Source of the DNA: an uncultured bacterium
Lineage (GTDB): Bacteria > Babelota > Babeliae > Babelales > JABCYS01
DNA: 64,000 nt
Assembly: GCA_963705705.1 (NCBI GenBank)
Contig: CAVPKK010000003.1
Location: 96,001 to 160,000, forward strand
Reading direction: 5' to 3'
In this document: in pieces, positions 9,998 to 21,099 of the stretch
Layout of the letters: each line of letters opens with the position of its first letter
Position numbering within the stretch: position 1 is the stretch's first letter
Program-made: the position numbers and the translations under genes
The notes under the pieces: generated by a model
What the model was told of the DNA's origin: nothing
What the model saw: the letters and a program-made list of their open reading frames with translations, nothing else
The model's database searches: none

Positions 9998-10933
9998 ATG
10001 ATACGGCGTATTTCACACATTATTCTCTCTGTTTTTGTCGTTCTGGCATATTGTGACTCAGCCCTCGCTGCGGGTCAAAAAACAGTACTGATTTTTGGCG
10101 GCAAGACTGGATGGATCGGACAAAAATTGGTCCGTCTATTTACCGAACAAAATTATAAGGTCATCTGTGCTAAGGGTCGTCTCGAGAATAGGCTAGAGCT
10201 AGAAAGGGAAATTGATGCAGCGAATCCTGATTGTATTATTAATGCCGCAGGAGTAACCGGCCGCCCCAATGTTGATTGGTGTGAAACGCATCAGCGTGAG
10301 ACCATCCGAGCGAACATTATCGGTGCATTAAATCTTGCCGATGTTGCCTGCGATTACAATATTCATGTAATCAATCTTGGTACCGGTTGTATTTATGAAT
10401 ATGATGAAGATCATTCTATTGGCGGTCGCGGATTTACCGAAGCCGATGAGCCAAATTTTGCAGGGTCATTTTATTCTAAAACAAAGATCTTTTTAGATAG
10501 TATGCTCCAGTCATATCCCAACGTTCTCAACTTGAGACTGCGCATGCCTATTTCGGACGATTTACACCCACGCAATTTTGTTACAAAAATTACCTCGTAT
10601 AAAAAGGTAATAAATGTTCCCAATTCAATGAGCATTCTGCATGATCTATTACCATTAATTCCGCAGATGGCCGAACGCAGGCTGACGGGAAACTACAATT
10701 TTGTGAATCCCGGCGCTATTTCCCATAATGAAATCTTAGATCTTTATAAGAAATACATCGATCCAACATTTACCTATGCCAACTTTTCTATAGAAGAGCA
10801 AAACCGGATATTGGCCTCAAAGCGATCTAATAATACGCTGGATACCGCCAAACTATTAAAAGAATTTCCTTTCGTTCCCCCTATCAAAGTTGCGATGGTT
10901 GAGATGTTCAAGCGCATGCAATCTTCGCCCTGA
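9998..10933 (+). CDS. Bifunctional NDP-4-keto-6-deoxyglucose 3,5-epimerase/4-reductase (plant NRS/ER-UER1 type) with signal-peptide-like extension
   Basis: GGKTGWIG, NAAGVTGRPNVDWCE, TGCIYEYD, PNFAGSFYSKTK, LRLRMPIS, NPGAISHNEIL, RSNN are hallmark motifs of the eukaryotic RHM C-terminal/UER1 family. Confidence 0.88.
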   Translation: MIRRISHIILSVFVVLAYCDSALAAGQKTVLIFGGKTGWIGQKLVRLFTEQNYKVICAKGRLENRLELEREIDAANPDCIINAAGVTGRPNVDWCETHQRETIRANIIGALNLADVACDYNIHVINLGTGCIYEYDEDHSIGGRGFTEADEPNFAGSFYSKTKIFLDSMLQSYPNVLNLRLRMPISDDLHPRNFVTKITSYKKVINVPNSMSILHDLLPLIPQMAERRLTGNYNFVNPGAISHNEILDLYKKYIDPTFTYANFSIEEQNRILASKRSNNTLDTAKLLKEFPFVPPIKVAMVEMFKRMQSSP

Positions 10934-11097
10934 TCCGCACCCGATTGAAGTCAGCGGCAGTTTCTATATAATTTACTTCCCCTATACGCAACATAAGCAA
11001 AGCGAGTCGGAAATTTATTTCCAGCGCGCGCAGCGAGGTATAGGTGGCGTAGCCACTCAACCACTCATTTGAAACAATACTTTACAAGGAGTTGCCT

Positions 11098-11382
11098 ATG
11101 TTTGAGAAAATACGGCCGTTATATGACCGTGTTCTGGTGCAACGTCTGGAAGACGAAAATAAGACCCCAGGCGGCTTATACATCCCAGAAAATGCAAAAG
11201 AAAAAGCCCAAACCGGGAAGGTAGTCTCAGTAGGAGCCGGGCGCTTAGTTGGCGACAAAGTGGTACCCCTTCAAGTCAAGGCCGGCGATACCATCTTTTT
11301 CGGCAAATATGCCGGTACTGATGCTGGCAGAGACCATCTTATTATCCGTGAAGAAGAAATTCTCGGCATCGTAGAAAACTAA
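11098..11382 (+). CDS. groES: Co-chaperonin GroES
   Basis: [31 protein letters not shown]. Confidence 0.97.
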   Translation: MFEKIRPLYDRVLVQRLEDENKTPGGLYIPENAKEKAQTGKVVSVGAGRLVGDKVVPLQVKAGDTIFFGKYAGTDAGRDHLIIREEEILGIVEN

Positions 11383-11452
11383 CAGGGCGAGCCCTGTACC
11401 CAAGGTCCCTTGCGCACTAAGCATTGTCATTTGATGATTTAGCCGTAGGCGA
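11383..11452 (+). repeat. Palindromic repeat family B between groES and groEL
   Basis: CAGGGCGAGCCCTGTACCC...CGTAGGCGA, matching 48676 and 52192. Confidence 0.65.
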
Positions 11453-11529
11453 TACGATGCCTCCTCAATTGAATTCTGCTGAGGGCTACCGCCCTCTATG
11501 CCACCCGCAATTAACAAGGAATTATAATC

Positions 11530-13173
11530 ATGGCAGGAAAACGTATTCTATTCGGTGTCGAAGCCCGCGAGAAGATTCGCGCTGGCGTAGACACCCTAGC
11601 AGATGCAGTCAAAGTAACCCTCGGGCCCCGTGGCCGCAACGTTGCTTTCGACCGCTCATTTGGCTCCCCAGTCATTACCAAGGACGGAGTCTCAGTAGCT
11701 AAAGAAATCGAACTTAAAGACCGCCTAGAAAATATGGGCGCCCAAATGGTTCGGGAAGTAGCCAGCAAAACTGCGGATGTAGCCGGTGACGGTACCACAA
11801 CCGCAACAGTTCTCGCCCAGGCCATCTTCCGCGAAGGTAACAAATATGTTACAGCCGGCGCTAACCCAATGGAACTTAAGCGCGGTATCGATAAGGCAGT
11901 AATCGAAGTCGTAAAGCAAATCAAGGCGACTGCACATCCAATTAAAGACAAGAAAGAGATCGAGCAAGTTGCTACCATCTCAGCAAATTCCGATGCCGCA
12001 ATCGGCCAACTTATTGCGCAAGCGATGGAAAAGGTTGGACGCGATGGTGTGATCACCGTCGAAGAAGCAAAGGGTATGCATGACGAGCTAGACGTGGTCG
12101 AAGGTATGCAATTCGATCGTGGCTATCTCTCGCCGTACTTTGTAACCAATGCTGAAAAGATGGAAGCAGTAAGTAACGATCCGGTAATCCTGATCTATGA
12201 AAAAAAGATCAGCAGCATGAAAAGTCTGTTGCCGATCTTAGAGCAAGTAGCAAAAATCGGCCGTCAGCTGCTTATCCTTGCTGAAGACATTGAAGGCGAA
12301 GCGCTTGCTACTCTCGTAGTAAACCGCCTACGTGGCACACTCCAAGTATCAGCTGTTAAGGCACCAGGTTTTGGCGATCGTCGCAAAGCAATGCTTGAAG
12401 ATATTGCCATCTTGACCGGTGGACGTCTTATCTCTGAAGATATTGGACTTAAGCTTGAAAACGTTACCCTCAATGACCTTGGTCAAGCCAAAAAGGCTGT
12501 TCTTACTAAAGACACGTGTACTATTGTAGACGGTCGCGGTGCACCGGAAAGCATTAAGGCCCGGGTTGCTCAAGTGAAAGCACAAATCGAAGCAACTACC
12601 TCTGACTACGACAAAGAGAAGTTGCAAGAACGACTTGCCAAGCTATCTGGCGGTATTGCTGTGATCAAAGTTGGTGCTGTAACCGAAACGGAAATGAAAG
12701 AAAAGAAAGACCGTATCGAAGACGCACTTAACGCAACACGTGCCGCAGTAGAAGAGGGTGTAATCCCTGGCGGCGGCGTAGCATTGCTCCGTTCGCAATT
12801 AGCGCTCGAGACTCTAAAACTTGAAGGTGACGAAAAGCTTGGTGCTCAGATCGTACGCCGTGCGCTCGAAGAACCATTACGCATTATTGCTCAAAACGCT
12901 GGCTTTGAGGCGTCCGTTGTCATTAACAATGTACGTGCAAGCAAAGATGCGCAAGGCTTTGATGCGAAATCGGGTGAATACGTAGACATGGTACAAAATG
13001 GTATCATCGATCCAGCTAAAGTAACCCGCACTGCATTGCAAAATGCATCATCAATTGCCGGGCTCTTGCTGACCACCGAAGCGATCATCTGCGAACTTCC
13101 AGAAGAAAAGAAGGATGCAGCTCATCGCCACGGCGGCGCACCCGACATGGGCATGGGCGGCGGCATGTACTAG
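11530..13173 (+). CDS. groEL: Chaperonin GroEL
   Basis: [33 protein letters not shown] tail. Confidence 0.99.
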   Translation: MAGKRILFGVEAREKIRAGVDTLADAVKVTLGPRGRNVAFDRSFGSPVITKDGVSVAKEIELKDRLENMGAQMVREVASKTADVAGDGTTTATVLAQAIFREGNKYVTAGANPMELKRGIDKAVIEVVKQIKATAHPIKDKKEIEQVATISANSDAAIGQLIAQAMEKVGRDGVITVEEAKGMHDELDVVEGMQFDRGYLSPYFVTNAEKMEAVSNDPVILIYEKKISSMKSLLPILEQVAKIGRQLLILAEDIEGEALATLVVNRLRGTLQVSAVKAPGFGDRRKAMLEDIAILTGGRLISEDIGLKLENVTLNDLGQAKKAVLTKDTCTIVDGRGAPESIKARVAQVKAQIEATTSDYDKEKLQERLAKLSGGIAVIKVGAVTETEMKEKKDRIEDALNATRAAVEEGVIPGGGVALLRSQLALETLKLEGDEKLGAQIVRRALEEPLRIIAQNAGFEASVVINNVRASKDAQGFDAKSGEYVDMVQNGIIDPAKVTRTALQNASSIAGLLLTTEAIICELPEEKKDAAHRHGGAPDMGMGGGMY

Positions 13174-13236
13174 AAGGGGACCGCTCCTTCACGCGGCTAT
13201 GCAGTCAATGGCTTCGTAGTCAAGATTGCTGAGAAT

Positions 13237-13288
13237 CCGTTCGTCCTGAGTATTTTGCTTAGCAAAATGTATCGAAGGAAACGAACGG
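13237..13288 (+). repeat. Palindromic repeat family A
   Basis: CCGTTCGTCCTGAGTATTTTGCTTAGCAAAATGTATCGAAGGAAACGAACGG with terminal inverted repeats. Confidence 0.8.
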
Positions 13289-13294
13289 TCAAAT

Positions 13295-13341
13295 AAAAAC
13301 TGGTCTTGTGAGTTTCAATAACTTACAGGGCCAGTTTTTTT
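13295..13341. terminator. Bidirectional intrinsic terminator after groEL
   Basis: AAAAACTGGTCTTGTGAGTT / AACTTACAGGGCCAGTTTTT stem between convergent genes. Confidence 0.75.
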
Positions 13342-13352
13342 ATTGGGTTTAA

Positions 13353-14009
13353 TTAATTACGAACTGATTGATCAAGAAGTTTGAACTCCAAGCTAACCCA
13401 GACCAGAGTGCTTAAAAGCGCAACAAAAAAACACCACACAGAAGTAAATGTATGTTGCCACCACCAATAAGAAATGGTCATTGAAACAAGGCCTAACAAG
13501 CCAAAAAGATGTAATATTCTTTTGCTACTAACAAACCAAGGAAGCGCCATGGGCACTAAGTAGAAAAGAAGGCCGTATTTTTCTGCCCATGCAGGTATTG
13601 AGAAATGATACGCAATTGAATGATGTAAAATTTCAACCGTGAACTGGTGGTATATTCCCATGTATAAAGCAGTAGCAGAAAATAATGCGCCGCAGACTGC
13701 CAGTATTTTAAGAGCATAAATACGCCAACGATCTTGTTCTAATGGCAATAACATATTTGGCACCCATAAGGGCCATAGAATGAATGCGAAGTACAAAAAT
13801 AGAATAGCATCAGCGTGCGCCATTTCTGGGTTATTTGGCAAGCTGATCCATACCATTCCTTCCGCAAACTGTTGAACAGCAAATAAAAGAGGAATAGCTG
13901 CATAACCATAAACGTGTGGGCGTTGGCGCGCTGCTAATATAATACTGCGTGCACCAAGAACTGATAAAACACCTGCGGTCGTAAAGCTAGCCGTAGCTGA
14001 AAAGCACAT
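13353..14009 (-). CDS. Multi-pass membrane protein (DUF6629-like)
   Basis: MCFSATASF start, PLLFAVQQFAEG, FTSVWCFF. Confidence 0.7.
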   Translation of the reverse strand: MCFSATASFTTAGVLSVLGARSIILAARQRPHVYGYAAIPLLFAVQQFAEGMVWISLPNNPEMAHADAILFLYFAFILWPLWVPNMLLPLEQDRWRIYALKILAVCGALFSATALYMGIYHQFTVEILHHSIAYHFSIPAWAEKYGLLFYLVPMALPWFVSSKRILHLFGLLGLVSMTISYWWWQHTFTSVWCFFVALLSTLVWVSLEFKLLDQSVRN

Positions 14010-14095
14010 TGTTTTCTCCTTTTTATAAAAAACTCTTGACTTAGATCTTCACCCGTATGCTACTATGACCGGGTGATTAAGCAAAGTGAAGGATA

Positions 14096-14752
14096 ATGAT
14101 GGCAAAGAAGAAAACGGCGACACGCAAAAAAACAGTTAAAAGATCGACCCATTCAAAAAAGCGAGCGTCACCAAAAAAAAGCGCGCGCTTAACTAGTTCA
14201 TTGAAAACGTATCGAAAAAAACGGAATTTTGCCAAAACATCAGAACCATATAGCACGCCACGAACATCTGTTCTAAGAAATGCCAATCAGCCCATCTTCG
14301 TTGTTCAAAAACACGCAGCCTCTCATCTGCATTATGATTTCCGTCTAGAGTTTCGTGGCGTGCTCAAATCGTGGGCTGTACCTAAAGGAATTCCTACTAA
14401 GCTAGGCGTAAAGCATCTCGCTGCACCAACTGAAGACCATCCATTAGAATGGGCTAAATTCCAAGGAACGATTCCCGCAGGTGAGTATGGTGCTGGCACG
14501 GTAGAAACATGGGATCACGGTACCTATCAAAATATTAAAGAGATCGATGGCAAAAAAATACCTATGAGCAAATGTCTTGAGATGGGACGTGTCGAAGTGT
14601 GGCTTGAGGGCAATAAGCTTCATGGAGGCTATGCTCTTGTACGCGCCGGACATCCTGATACGGAACATGGTGAAAAGGAATATTGGCTAATCTTAAAAAT
14701 GAGAGCTGCTAAGTCCAAAAAAAGGCTTAAGGATTGGACTGATGGCGATTAA
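14096..14752 (+). CDS. LigD-type 3'-phosphoesterase (stand-alone PE domain)
   Basis: YRKKRNFAKTSEP, FVVQKHAASHLHYDFRLE, SWAVPKG, TEDHP, GEYGAG. Confidence 0.92.
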   Translation: MMAKKKTATRKKTVKRSTHSKKRASPKKSARLTSSLKTYRKKRNFAKTSEPYSTPRTSVLRNANQPIFVVQKHAASHLHYDFRLEFRGVLKSWAVPKGIPTKLGVKHLAAPTEDHPLEWAKFQGTIPAGEYGAGTVETWDHGTYQNIKEIDGKKIPMSKCLEMGRVEVWLEGNKLHGGYALVRAGHPDTEHGEKEYWLILKMRAAKSKKRLKDWTDGD

Positions 14753-15725
14753 GATTCTTCCAAAGAAATCAGTATTAAAAAAAGAAAACCCCGAACTTAA
14801 ATTAGGGCGTCACGCAGTCGAAATAACCCATCCAGACCGCGTCTGGTTTCCAAAAGATGGTTATACCAAAGGTGATATCGTCAAATATTATGCCGATATA
14901 GCTCCTACCATGTTGCCATATGTAAAGGACCGTGCAATTACAATGCTGCGCTATCCTGATGGCATTCATGGGGAGCATTGGTTTCACAAAGAAACACCTG
15001 ATTATTTTCCATCATATATCAGGCGAGCTACGGTAGAAAAGCAGGGTGGTGTGGTGCACCAGCCTGTATGTAACAATGAAGCAGCTATTGCATATCTAGC
15101 CAATCAAGGATGTCTCATATTCCACATTTGGCTGAGCAAAATAACTAAACTTAATTACCCTGATCGTCTAATTTTTGATCTGGATCCATCGGGAAGATTT
15201 AAGGTTGATAACGCAAAAGCATTTGCTGAAATTCGAGCTATTGCCCTGGATTTGCGAGATTTATTTGAAGATATTGGGTTGCATCCTTTTCCCATGTTAA
15301 CCGGGTCTCGCGGCATGCACGTAGTTTGCCCGCTTAAGCCAACAAATACATTTGATGATGTGCGCCATTTTGCGCAAGATATGGCTACGTTTATGGCGAA
15401 GTTGAATTCAAAAAAACTTACGACAGAAGTGCGAAAAAATAAACGCGGTCATCGCCTCTTCTTAGACACCGCCCGAAATTCATATGCCGCCACAGCTGTT
15501 GCGCCTTATTCGGTTCGTCCTTACGACGGAGCTCCAGTTGCTACGCCATTGCATTGGGATGATATTCAACATGATAAAAAATTATCCTCGCAGAGTTACA
15601 ATATAAAAAACATTTTTGAGCGCTTAAAGGAAGATGGGGATGCTTGGAAAGATATTAATAAGCACGCTGTATCAATAAAGACGCCGCAAAAAAACTTTGA
15701 AAAATTGATAGAGAAAATTCAGTAA
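14742..15725 (+). CDS. LigD-type polymerase/primase (AEP) domain protein
   Basis: THPDRVWFP, RYPDGI, FDLDP, TGSRGMH, APYSVR, PVATPLHW. Confidence 0.92.
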   Translation: MAIKILPKKSVLKKENPELKLGRHAVEITHPDRVWFPKDGYTKGDIVKYYADIAPTMLPYVKDRAITMLRYPDGIHGEHWFHKETPDYFPSYIRRATVEKQGGVVHQPVCNNEAAIAYLANQGCLIFHIWLSKITKLNYPDRLIFDLDPSGRFKVDNAKAFAEIRAIALDLRDLFEDIGLHPFPMLTGSRGMHVVCPLKPTNTFDDVRHFAQDMATFMAKLNSKKLTTEVRKNKRGHRLFLDTARNSYAATAVAPYSVRPYDGAPVATPLHWDDIQHDKKLSSQSYNIKNIFERLKEDGDAWKDINKHAVSIKTPQKNFEKLIEKIQ

Positions 15726-15757
15726 AATCCAATTTGGATGAAGTCATCAAGGTAATG

Positions 15758-16754
15758 TTACTTTTCTTTGTGCAACTTAACGTGTAAAGAATAGACTGCT
15801 TCTTCATGCGGCAAACAACGCTCATCTGCTATATTCCGGCATTCATGTAATGATTCGATCAGTTCCGGGATGTTACCAAGCACATCACAATGTGAGAACT
15901 CTGCGTGCCCAGCAGAAGCGCCATTTAAAAAGAGGCGGCCTTGCAGCATATTATCTTGTGGCACAAATTCTCGGGCCGAAAAGAATGGACATTTCGGTAC
16001 GTGTCTTTTTTTGCCCGATACCGGATGCGGTACACTTCTTCTCATTGAAGCATATAGGCCTTGCGGATCGGCAATCTGTCCGAAATCAGATCGTGAATAC
16101 AATACATAAATATTTTGAAACATGGGATCTTTGATGCAATATGAGGTAGCACACTGCACCGGGCATGCAAGCAAAATGAGCTCACTAATACGCAATCGCG
16201 GATCATTTTTATCTAATGGATTGGCAATATTGGCTAAATTTAACGCCACATTCCCACCATGGCTATGGCAGATAAGCCAAATCTTTGGCGCTCGACCAAT
16301 ATCGGCTTTTATTTGGGCCACTAAGTCACTTAATTGATTGTGTAAATCACGAAGCTGCGCCTTCACGTTCAATAAAACTTAATTGACCGCTCCAACCGAA
16401 GGCATAAAACTGATCATATTGATAGCTGTGAGGGTATCGTTCGCCTAATATTCGCGCACACGTACGGTATCGGCTTTGTTCATGGAGATTATCTACATGT
16501 GTTAAGCCATGCGGAACTGTTTTTACCTGCCAGGGGAAGATAGTGCCATGGATCCAAACCGTAATATGGGGAATAACTTCTGGCTGGACTGCTTGATTTC
16601 GAGGCCTTTGGCAACGGCGCGTGCCTGAAGTTACTTGTGGTTGATCACACGATTGCTCTTTGATATTAACCCAATGCTTAATTACCCGGTGTCGATAGCA
16701 GCCAGGCAGAATGAGTAAGAAACTGAGTGTAAAAAGAATATTGCGATACAACAT
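15758..16754 (-). pseudogene. Alpha/beta-hydrolase-fold lipoprotein-like gene split by a 1-nt insertion near 16352 (pseudogene or sequence error)
   Basis: Upstream ORF has a lipobox-like LPGC, HGT and FGWSG; downstream ORF has the CHSHGG nucleophile elbow. Removing one base joins them as EREGAARDLHNQL. Confidence 0.7.
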
Positions 16755-16810
16755 TTTGAATCTATACAGGTGAGGGCGAAACTTACTTACAGCGTGTGGT
16801 TTGGCATATT

Positions 16811-17206
16811 TTACCGTTTAACCATGGTAACTATGGCATTAGCTGTGCTCATAATAGCAGGAGTAGGATTTCCCGTCATTGCCGATTGCACAATACCCGT
16901 GGCTAAAGCAGCAATGGTTTGTATGAACTTTTCATCTTCCTGATTATTTTTCTCCCGCCGCGATTTTTTGCCGCTCCGTTTTTTCTGAAGTCCAGCTTGC
17001 ATTTCATCTGCATCCGCTTGTTTGTTGGTCGCAATCATTGCTTGAGCGGCAGCCATCTGCAAAAAGGAGTAAAAATTTGGATCATCCGCTGAAATGCTTA
17101 CGCCATTAATAGTGACGGTTACTTCATTGGCAGCTTTATCTCTAGCCACAATTAAATTTGGTAACAGTAGTGATACCAATGCAATAAATACAACAATCTT
17201 TGCCAT
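16811..17206 (-). CDS. Hypothetical secreted protein
   Basis: Signal-peptide-like start; basic patch KKRSGKKSRREK. Confidence 0.65.
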   Translation of the reverse strand: MAKIVVFIALVSLLLPNLIVARDKAANEVTVTINGVSISADDPNFYSFLQMAAAQAMIATNKQADADEMQAGLQKKRSGKKSRREKNNQEDEKFIQTIAALATGIVQSAMTGNPTPAIMSTANAIVTMVKR

Positions 17207-17292
17207 ACATCATCCCTTTTTATTAAACAGTATAGGATCAATGTAGCAATGGCGAAGTGAAGAATGCAGCAGTTTGTATTAAAACTGAACGA

Positions 17293-18605
17293 TCAATCAG
17301 TAGAAATCGGCTGATTTGCCGGTTCCTGAAAAATTAGAACTTCATGAACTCGGGTGGGCGTAGCATGCTGAATTTGGAAACAATAATTGTGGTATGTAAT
17401 ACGTTCACCTTTACGAGGTAAATGTTGTAGCTGTTCAGCCAAAAAGCCGCCTAAAGTGATTGAAGTTTCAGTTTCAAAGGTATATCTAAAACCTCAGAAA
17501 GCTCTTCCAATGGAACGCCAGCATCGACAAGCCATCCGCCTTGTTTAAGCGGTACGATTTTGTCTGATACGGCTTCATGTTCATCAGCAATTTCACCGAC
17601 AATTTCTTCCAACACGTCTTCGAGAGAAACCAATCCCGAAATACCACCAAATTCATTAACTACAATTGCGATATGCATGCGCTGTTGCTTGAATTCTCGC
17701 AATAATTGGTTGACCTTGCTGCTTTCAGGTACAAACATGATTGGTCTCAAAAATTGGCGGAGCAAGGGAGTTTTTCCTGGTTCAGTTGAAAGTAGCAGTG
17801 AAAAAATATCTTTCTGATACACCATGCCAATAATATTTTCTTGGCGTCCATCATATACCGGTAGACGTGAAAAATGCTTTGTCTTAAATACATTTAATGC
17901 GTCTTCGATTGATGCATCTACGTTGATCGACACAATATTGGTGCTCGGCACCATAATCTCTTTGACGGGGGTTTGGCTGAGTGAAAAAATACTTTGCAGC
18001 ATTTCAGTTTTTTCACTTTCCATGAGCCCTTTTTCATCAATATAATCAATAAGGAATTTTACTTCTCGTTCAGAGGTCAGTGTTTCAACGCCTTGCTCAG
18101 CTTCTTTGCCCCAGATAAGTCGTATAAGCCCTTGGGTAAAACTGCCCAATAGGTTAGCTATCGGGTTTAGGATGATATAGAGCAAATTGATAAGCCACAA
18201 AATTGAAGGGAAAAAGCGTTCGCCATACATTTTGGCAAAATTCTTAGGGATGATTTCACCAAAGATCAAAATTGATCCGGTGGCAATTGCTACACCTGCT
18301 GAAAAGCCAAGACCGCGTGAATAGTTAAGGTCGGTAAAGATTTCTTCCATCAAATTCGTAATGGTTGCTGCGGCTGTGGTATTAGCCAAACTACTTGCGA
18401 TGAGAATCATTATGAGCACGCGGTGGGGTGAATGCTCGAGAACCGAAAGAATCCCTTTATAGCTCGTACTTTGATATTGGTGAGCTACTTCTTTGAGTCT
18501 AAAGAGTCTGAGGCCAGTGATGGTTGTTTCGAGGAAAGAAAAGAGCGCTGTAAATAACAGCGCTATAAAAAAACTTATTAATGAAACTAAATGGTCCGAA
18601 GCCAT
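17293..18605 (-). CDS. Hemolysin/CorC-family CNNM-CBS protein; frameshifted near 17476-17478
   Basis: DUF21 (FSFLET, FGEIIPK) plus CBS pair (FSRLPVY, LEDVLEEIVGEI). Adding one T to the run restores DIPFETETSITLGGFLAEQLQHLPRKGE..., a CorC_HlyC C-terminal domain ending at TGA 17293. Confidence 0.85.
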
Positions 18606-18634
18606 ATAATCCTCAAACTCTCCTGATTTCCTAT

Positions 18635-18685
18635 TGACTGCCTACATTGCAGTTGATTGCGAAGTGGGTTCAGGGCAAGCCCTGG
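18635..18685 (-). repeat. Palindromic repeat family B right after the rpoD stop
   Basis: Reverse complement CCAGGGCTTGCCCTGAACCC...TGTAGGCAGTCA. Confidence 0.65.
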
Positions 18686-21082
18686 TTATTCTACTGGTTC
18701 GCTGCCACCACCGGTAGGCATATTATCAAACTCTTTATCAAAAAAGGAGACGAGCTTCTTAGCCCGGCCCGGAGCACGCAACTTACGTAAAGCTTTTACC
18801 TCGATTTGGCGAATGCGTTCACGTGTTACGGCAAAATCCTTACCAACCTCTTCAAGAGTATGTTCAGATGCAACATCAATACCAAAGCGCATCTTTAACA
18901 CTTTTTCTTCGCGTGGTGTAAGTGTTTTTAATACTTCGCGTACTTTTTCTTTTAGATCATTATATGCAACGGTATCCGAAGGTGCGGTTTCATTTTCATT
19001 TTCAATGAAATCCTTAATGAATGCATCTTCGCTATCGCCAACTGGTGTCTCGAGTGAGATCGGCTCTTTTGAGATCTTGATAATATTCTTGATCTTCTTC
19101 TCGTCCAGGTTCAGTTCTTTTGCAAGCTCAGCATAGGTAGGTTCACGCCCATGCTCTTGGAGGAAGGTGCGCTTAATTTTGTTGATCTTGTTTAAGGTTT
19201 CAACCATATGCACTGGCACACGGATGGTGCGAGATTGGTCGGCAATTGCTCGTGTAATGGCCTGGCGAATCCACCAGGTGGCATAGGTAGAAAATTTAAA
19301 TCCGCGTTCAAATTCAAATTTTTCAACCGCCTTTAACAAACCGATGTTACCTTCTTGTATCAAATCCAAGAAGTGGAGACCACGGTTTACATACTTTTTC
19401 GCAATATTAACCACAAGCCGCAAGTTTGCCTTTGCTAAATCATCTTTAGCCTTTTTATCTCGATTTTGGGCAATCAATAATTGGCGATTTAACCGTTCAA
19501 TTTCCGGTCGCGATAAGCCAAGCTCACCCTCCAGCTTCCTGATCGCCTTACGCGCACTGCGCACATTGCGATCCATCTCTTCTAGTAAAGCTTTTTGCTC
19601 TGCAGTCGGCTCGATGCCTTTTCTGCTAATCTGCTTTTGTAGCTGCGTAAGTGCTTGCGTATCACCGGCGATAAGCGTGTCTTTTTCACGCATTTTTTCC
19701 AGCGTCTTTTCTATACGCTTGCCAATCTTTTTGATGAATTTATTTGCTACGCGAATGGTTTTAATGGTTGCGCAAACCTGTTCTTTATTTTCGCGCACTT
19801 TTTGCAACATTTCCTTTTTTGCTGCTTCACCTTCAGGGCCTTCAACCAATCTTGGGCGGTATTGGTGGTAAATGCGCTGCTCATTTTCAACCAGTTCTTT
19901 TATCTTATTGATAATATCAGCTAGCTTCTTTTTCTCATTTTCAAGTTTTGGCAGGTTCTCTTCATCATATTCAGCAAACTGGATGACGTCCTTGAGCGCG
20001 ATAGAGTTTTTGCCAAGGCGTTCGCCGATAATTAGAAATTCTTTGTGAACTGAAGGGAATCGTGAGATTGCGTCAATTGAATCACGCTTTGCCGTGGCAA
20101 TGGCATCAGAAATAACAGTTTCAGTTTTCTTATTAAGAAGGGGGATCTTACCAATATCACGTAGGTAATGTTTAACACCATCGGCAGCAGGTGCTCCCGG
20201 TTCACTGACAATTGTTTTCTCTGCAGGCTCTTCGGCTTCCTCTTCCTCTTCGGCGGCAGAAGCAACTGGCTCGGAAGCTTCTTCTTCCTCGGTATGGAGT
20301 TCCATAGAGGTTTCAAGTTTAGCTTTTAGATCATGCTCAACATTCAGAGTTTCATCTTCTTCAAACTCATTGATGGCAGGTTCGGCTTCCAATTCTTCAG
20401 CCATAACCAACTCAACATTTTCTTTTTCGAGCGCCCGCATCAACTCATTTGCTTCAAATTCAGCAAGATGATTTTTTTCAATGAACTCAGCTAATTCTTC
20501 GTAGCTCAATGCGCCCGCAACCTTTGCCCGCTCGATGAGCGAGGCAACCAGGGGAGCTTTGGCCTCTTGTGCCATCACAGCTTCTACAGCCTTGGTCATT
20601 TTCTTTTCGCCAACGATCTTCTTTTCGCCCGTTACTTTGACTGGCGGTTTTGGTGTTGGCATTGGTTGGATTTTTTTCTCACTTACTGGTTTCGTTGGCA
20701 GGGAAGGCTTTGGCGCCATGTGAGGTTTAGCTGCCGTAGCATGCTCAACTTTTGGTTGCGGCTTGATTGATGGGGTTGCCTTCTTCTCGATCGGTTTGGT
20801 TGAAACCGGAGTTTTAGGCGTAGCTTTTGGTGCCTGAGGTGCTGGCTTCTTACCAACAATAGCCTTCGCAACGGCGGTTGCCTTGGCAAAGATTGTTTTA
20901 GCCAATGAAGCTACTTTTGAGGGTGCTTTCTTTTGCTCTTGTGCTTTTGCACTTGACGTTTTGGTATTGGAACCTTTTGGGGTATCAAGCTTTTTAGGCG
21001 CTACTTTAGCTTGTGCGGGAGCCGTTGCTTTTGATTTTATAACTGGCTTTGCAGAATGTTTTTTTGTGTTGTTTTTTGCCAT
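18686..21082 (-). CDS. rpoD: RNA polymerase primary sigma factor RpoD with long K/A/P-rich N-terminus
   Basis: [59 protein letters not shown]...[10 protein letters not shown]. Confidence 0.97.
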   Translation of the reverse strand: MAKNNTKKHSAKPVIKSKATAPAQAKVAPKKLDTPKGSNTKTSSAKAQEQKKAPSKVASLAKTIFAKATAVAKAIVGKKPAPQAPKATPKTPVSTKPIEKKATPSIKPQPKVEHATAAKPHMAPKPSLPTKPVSEKKIQPMPTPKPPVKVTGEKKIVGEKKMTKAVEAVMAQEAKAPLVASLIERAKVAGALSYEELAEFIEKNHLAEFEANELMRALEKENVELVMAEELEAEPAINEFEEDETLNVEHDLKAKLETSMELHTEEEEASEPVASAAEEEEEAEEPAEKTIVSEPGAPAADGVKHYLRDIGKIPLLNKKTETVISDAIATAKRDSIDAISRFPSVHKEFLIIGERLGKNSIALKDVIQFAEYDEENLPKLENEKKKLADIINKIKELVENEQRIYHQYRPRLVEGPEGEAAKKEMLQKVRENKEQVCATIKTIRVANKFIKKIGKRIEKTLEKMREKDTLIAGDTQALTQLQKQISRKGIEPTAEQKALLEEMDRNVRSARKAIRKLEGELGLSRPEIERLNRQLLIAQNRDKKAKDDLAKANLRLVVNIAKKYVNRGLHFLDLIQEGNIGLLKAVEKFEFERGFKFSTYATWWIRQAITRAIADQSRTIRVPVHMVETLNKINKIKRTFLQEHGREPTYAELAKELNLDEKKIKNIIKISKEPISLETPVGDSEDAFIKDFIENENETAPSDTVAYNDLKEKVREVLKTLTPREEKVLKMRFGIDVASEHTLEEVGKDFAVTRERIRQIEVKALRKLRAPGRAKKLVSFFDKEFDNMPTGGGSEPVE

Positions 21083-21099
21083 GTTGTTTTGCCCCTAAG

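Noticed and set aside
10940..11097. CIRCE operator upstream of groES
   Set aside because: No TTAGCACTC-N9-GAGTGCTAA inverted repeat is present.
11511..13088. Antisense ORFs over groEL (and similar ones over rpoD, mraY, valS, gspE)
   Set aside because: Shadow ORFs of conserved genes with no independent motifs.
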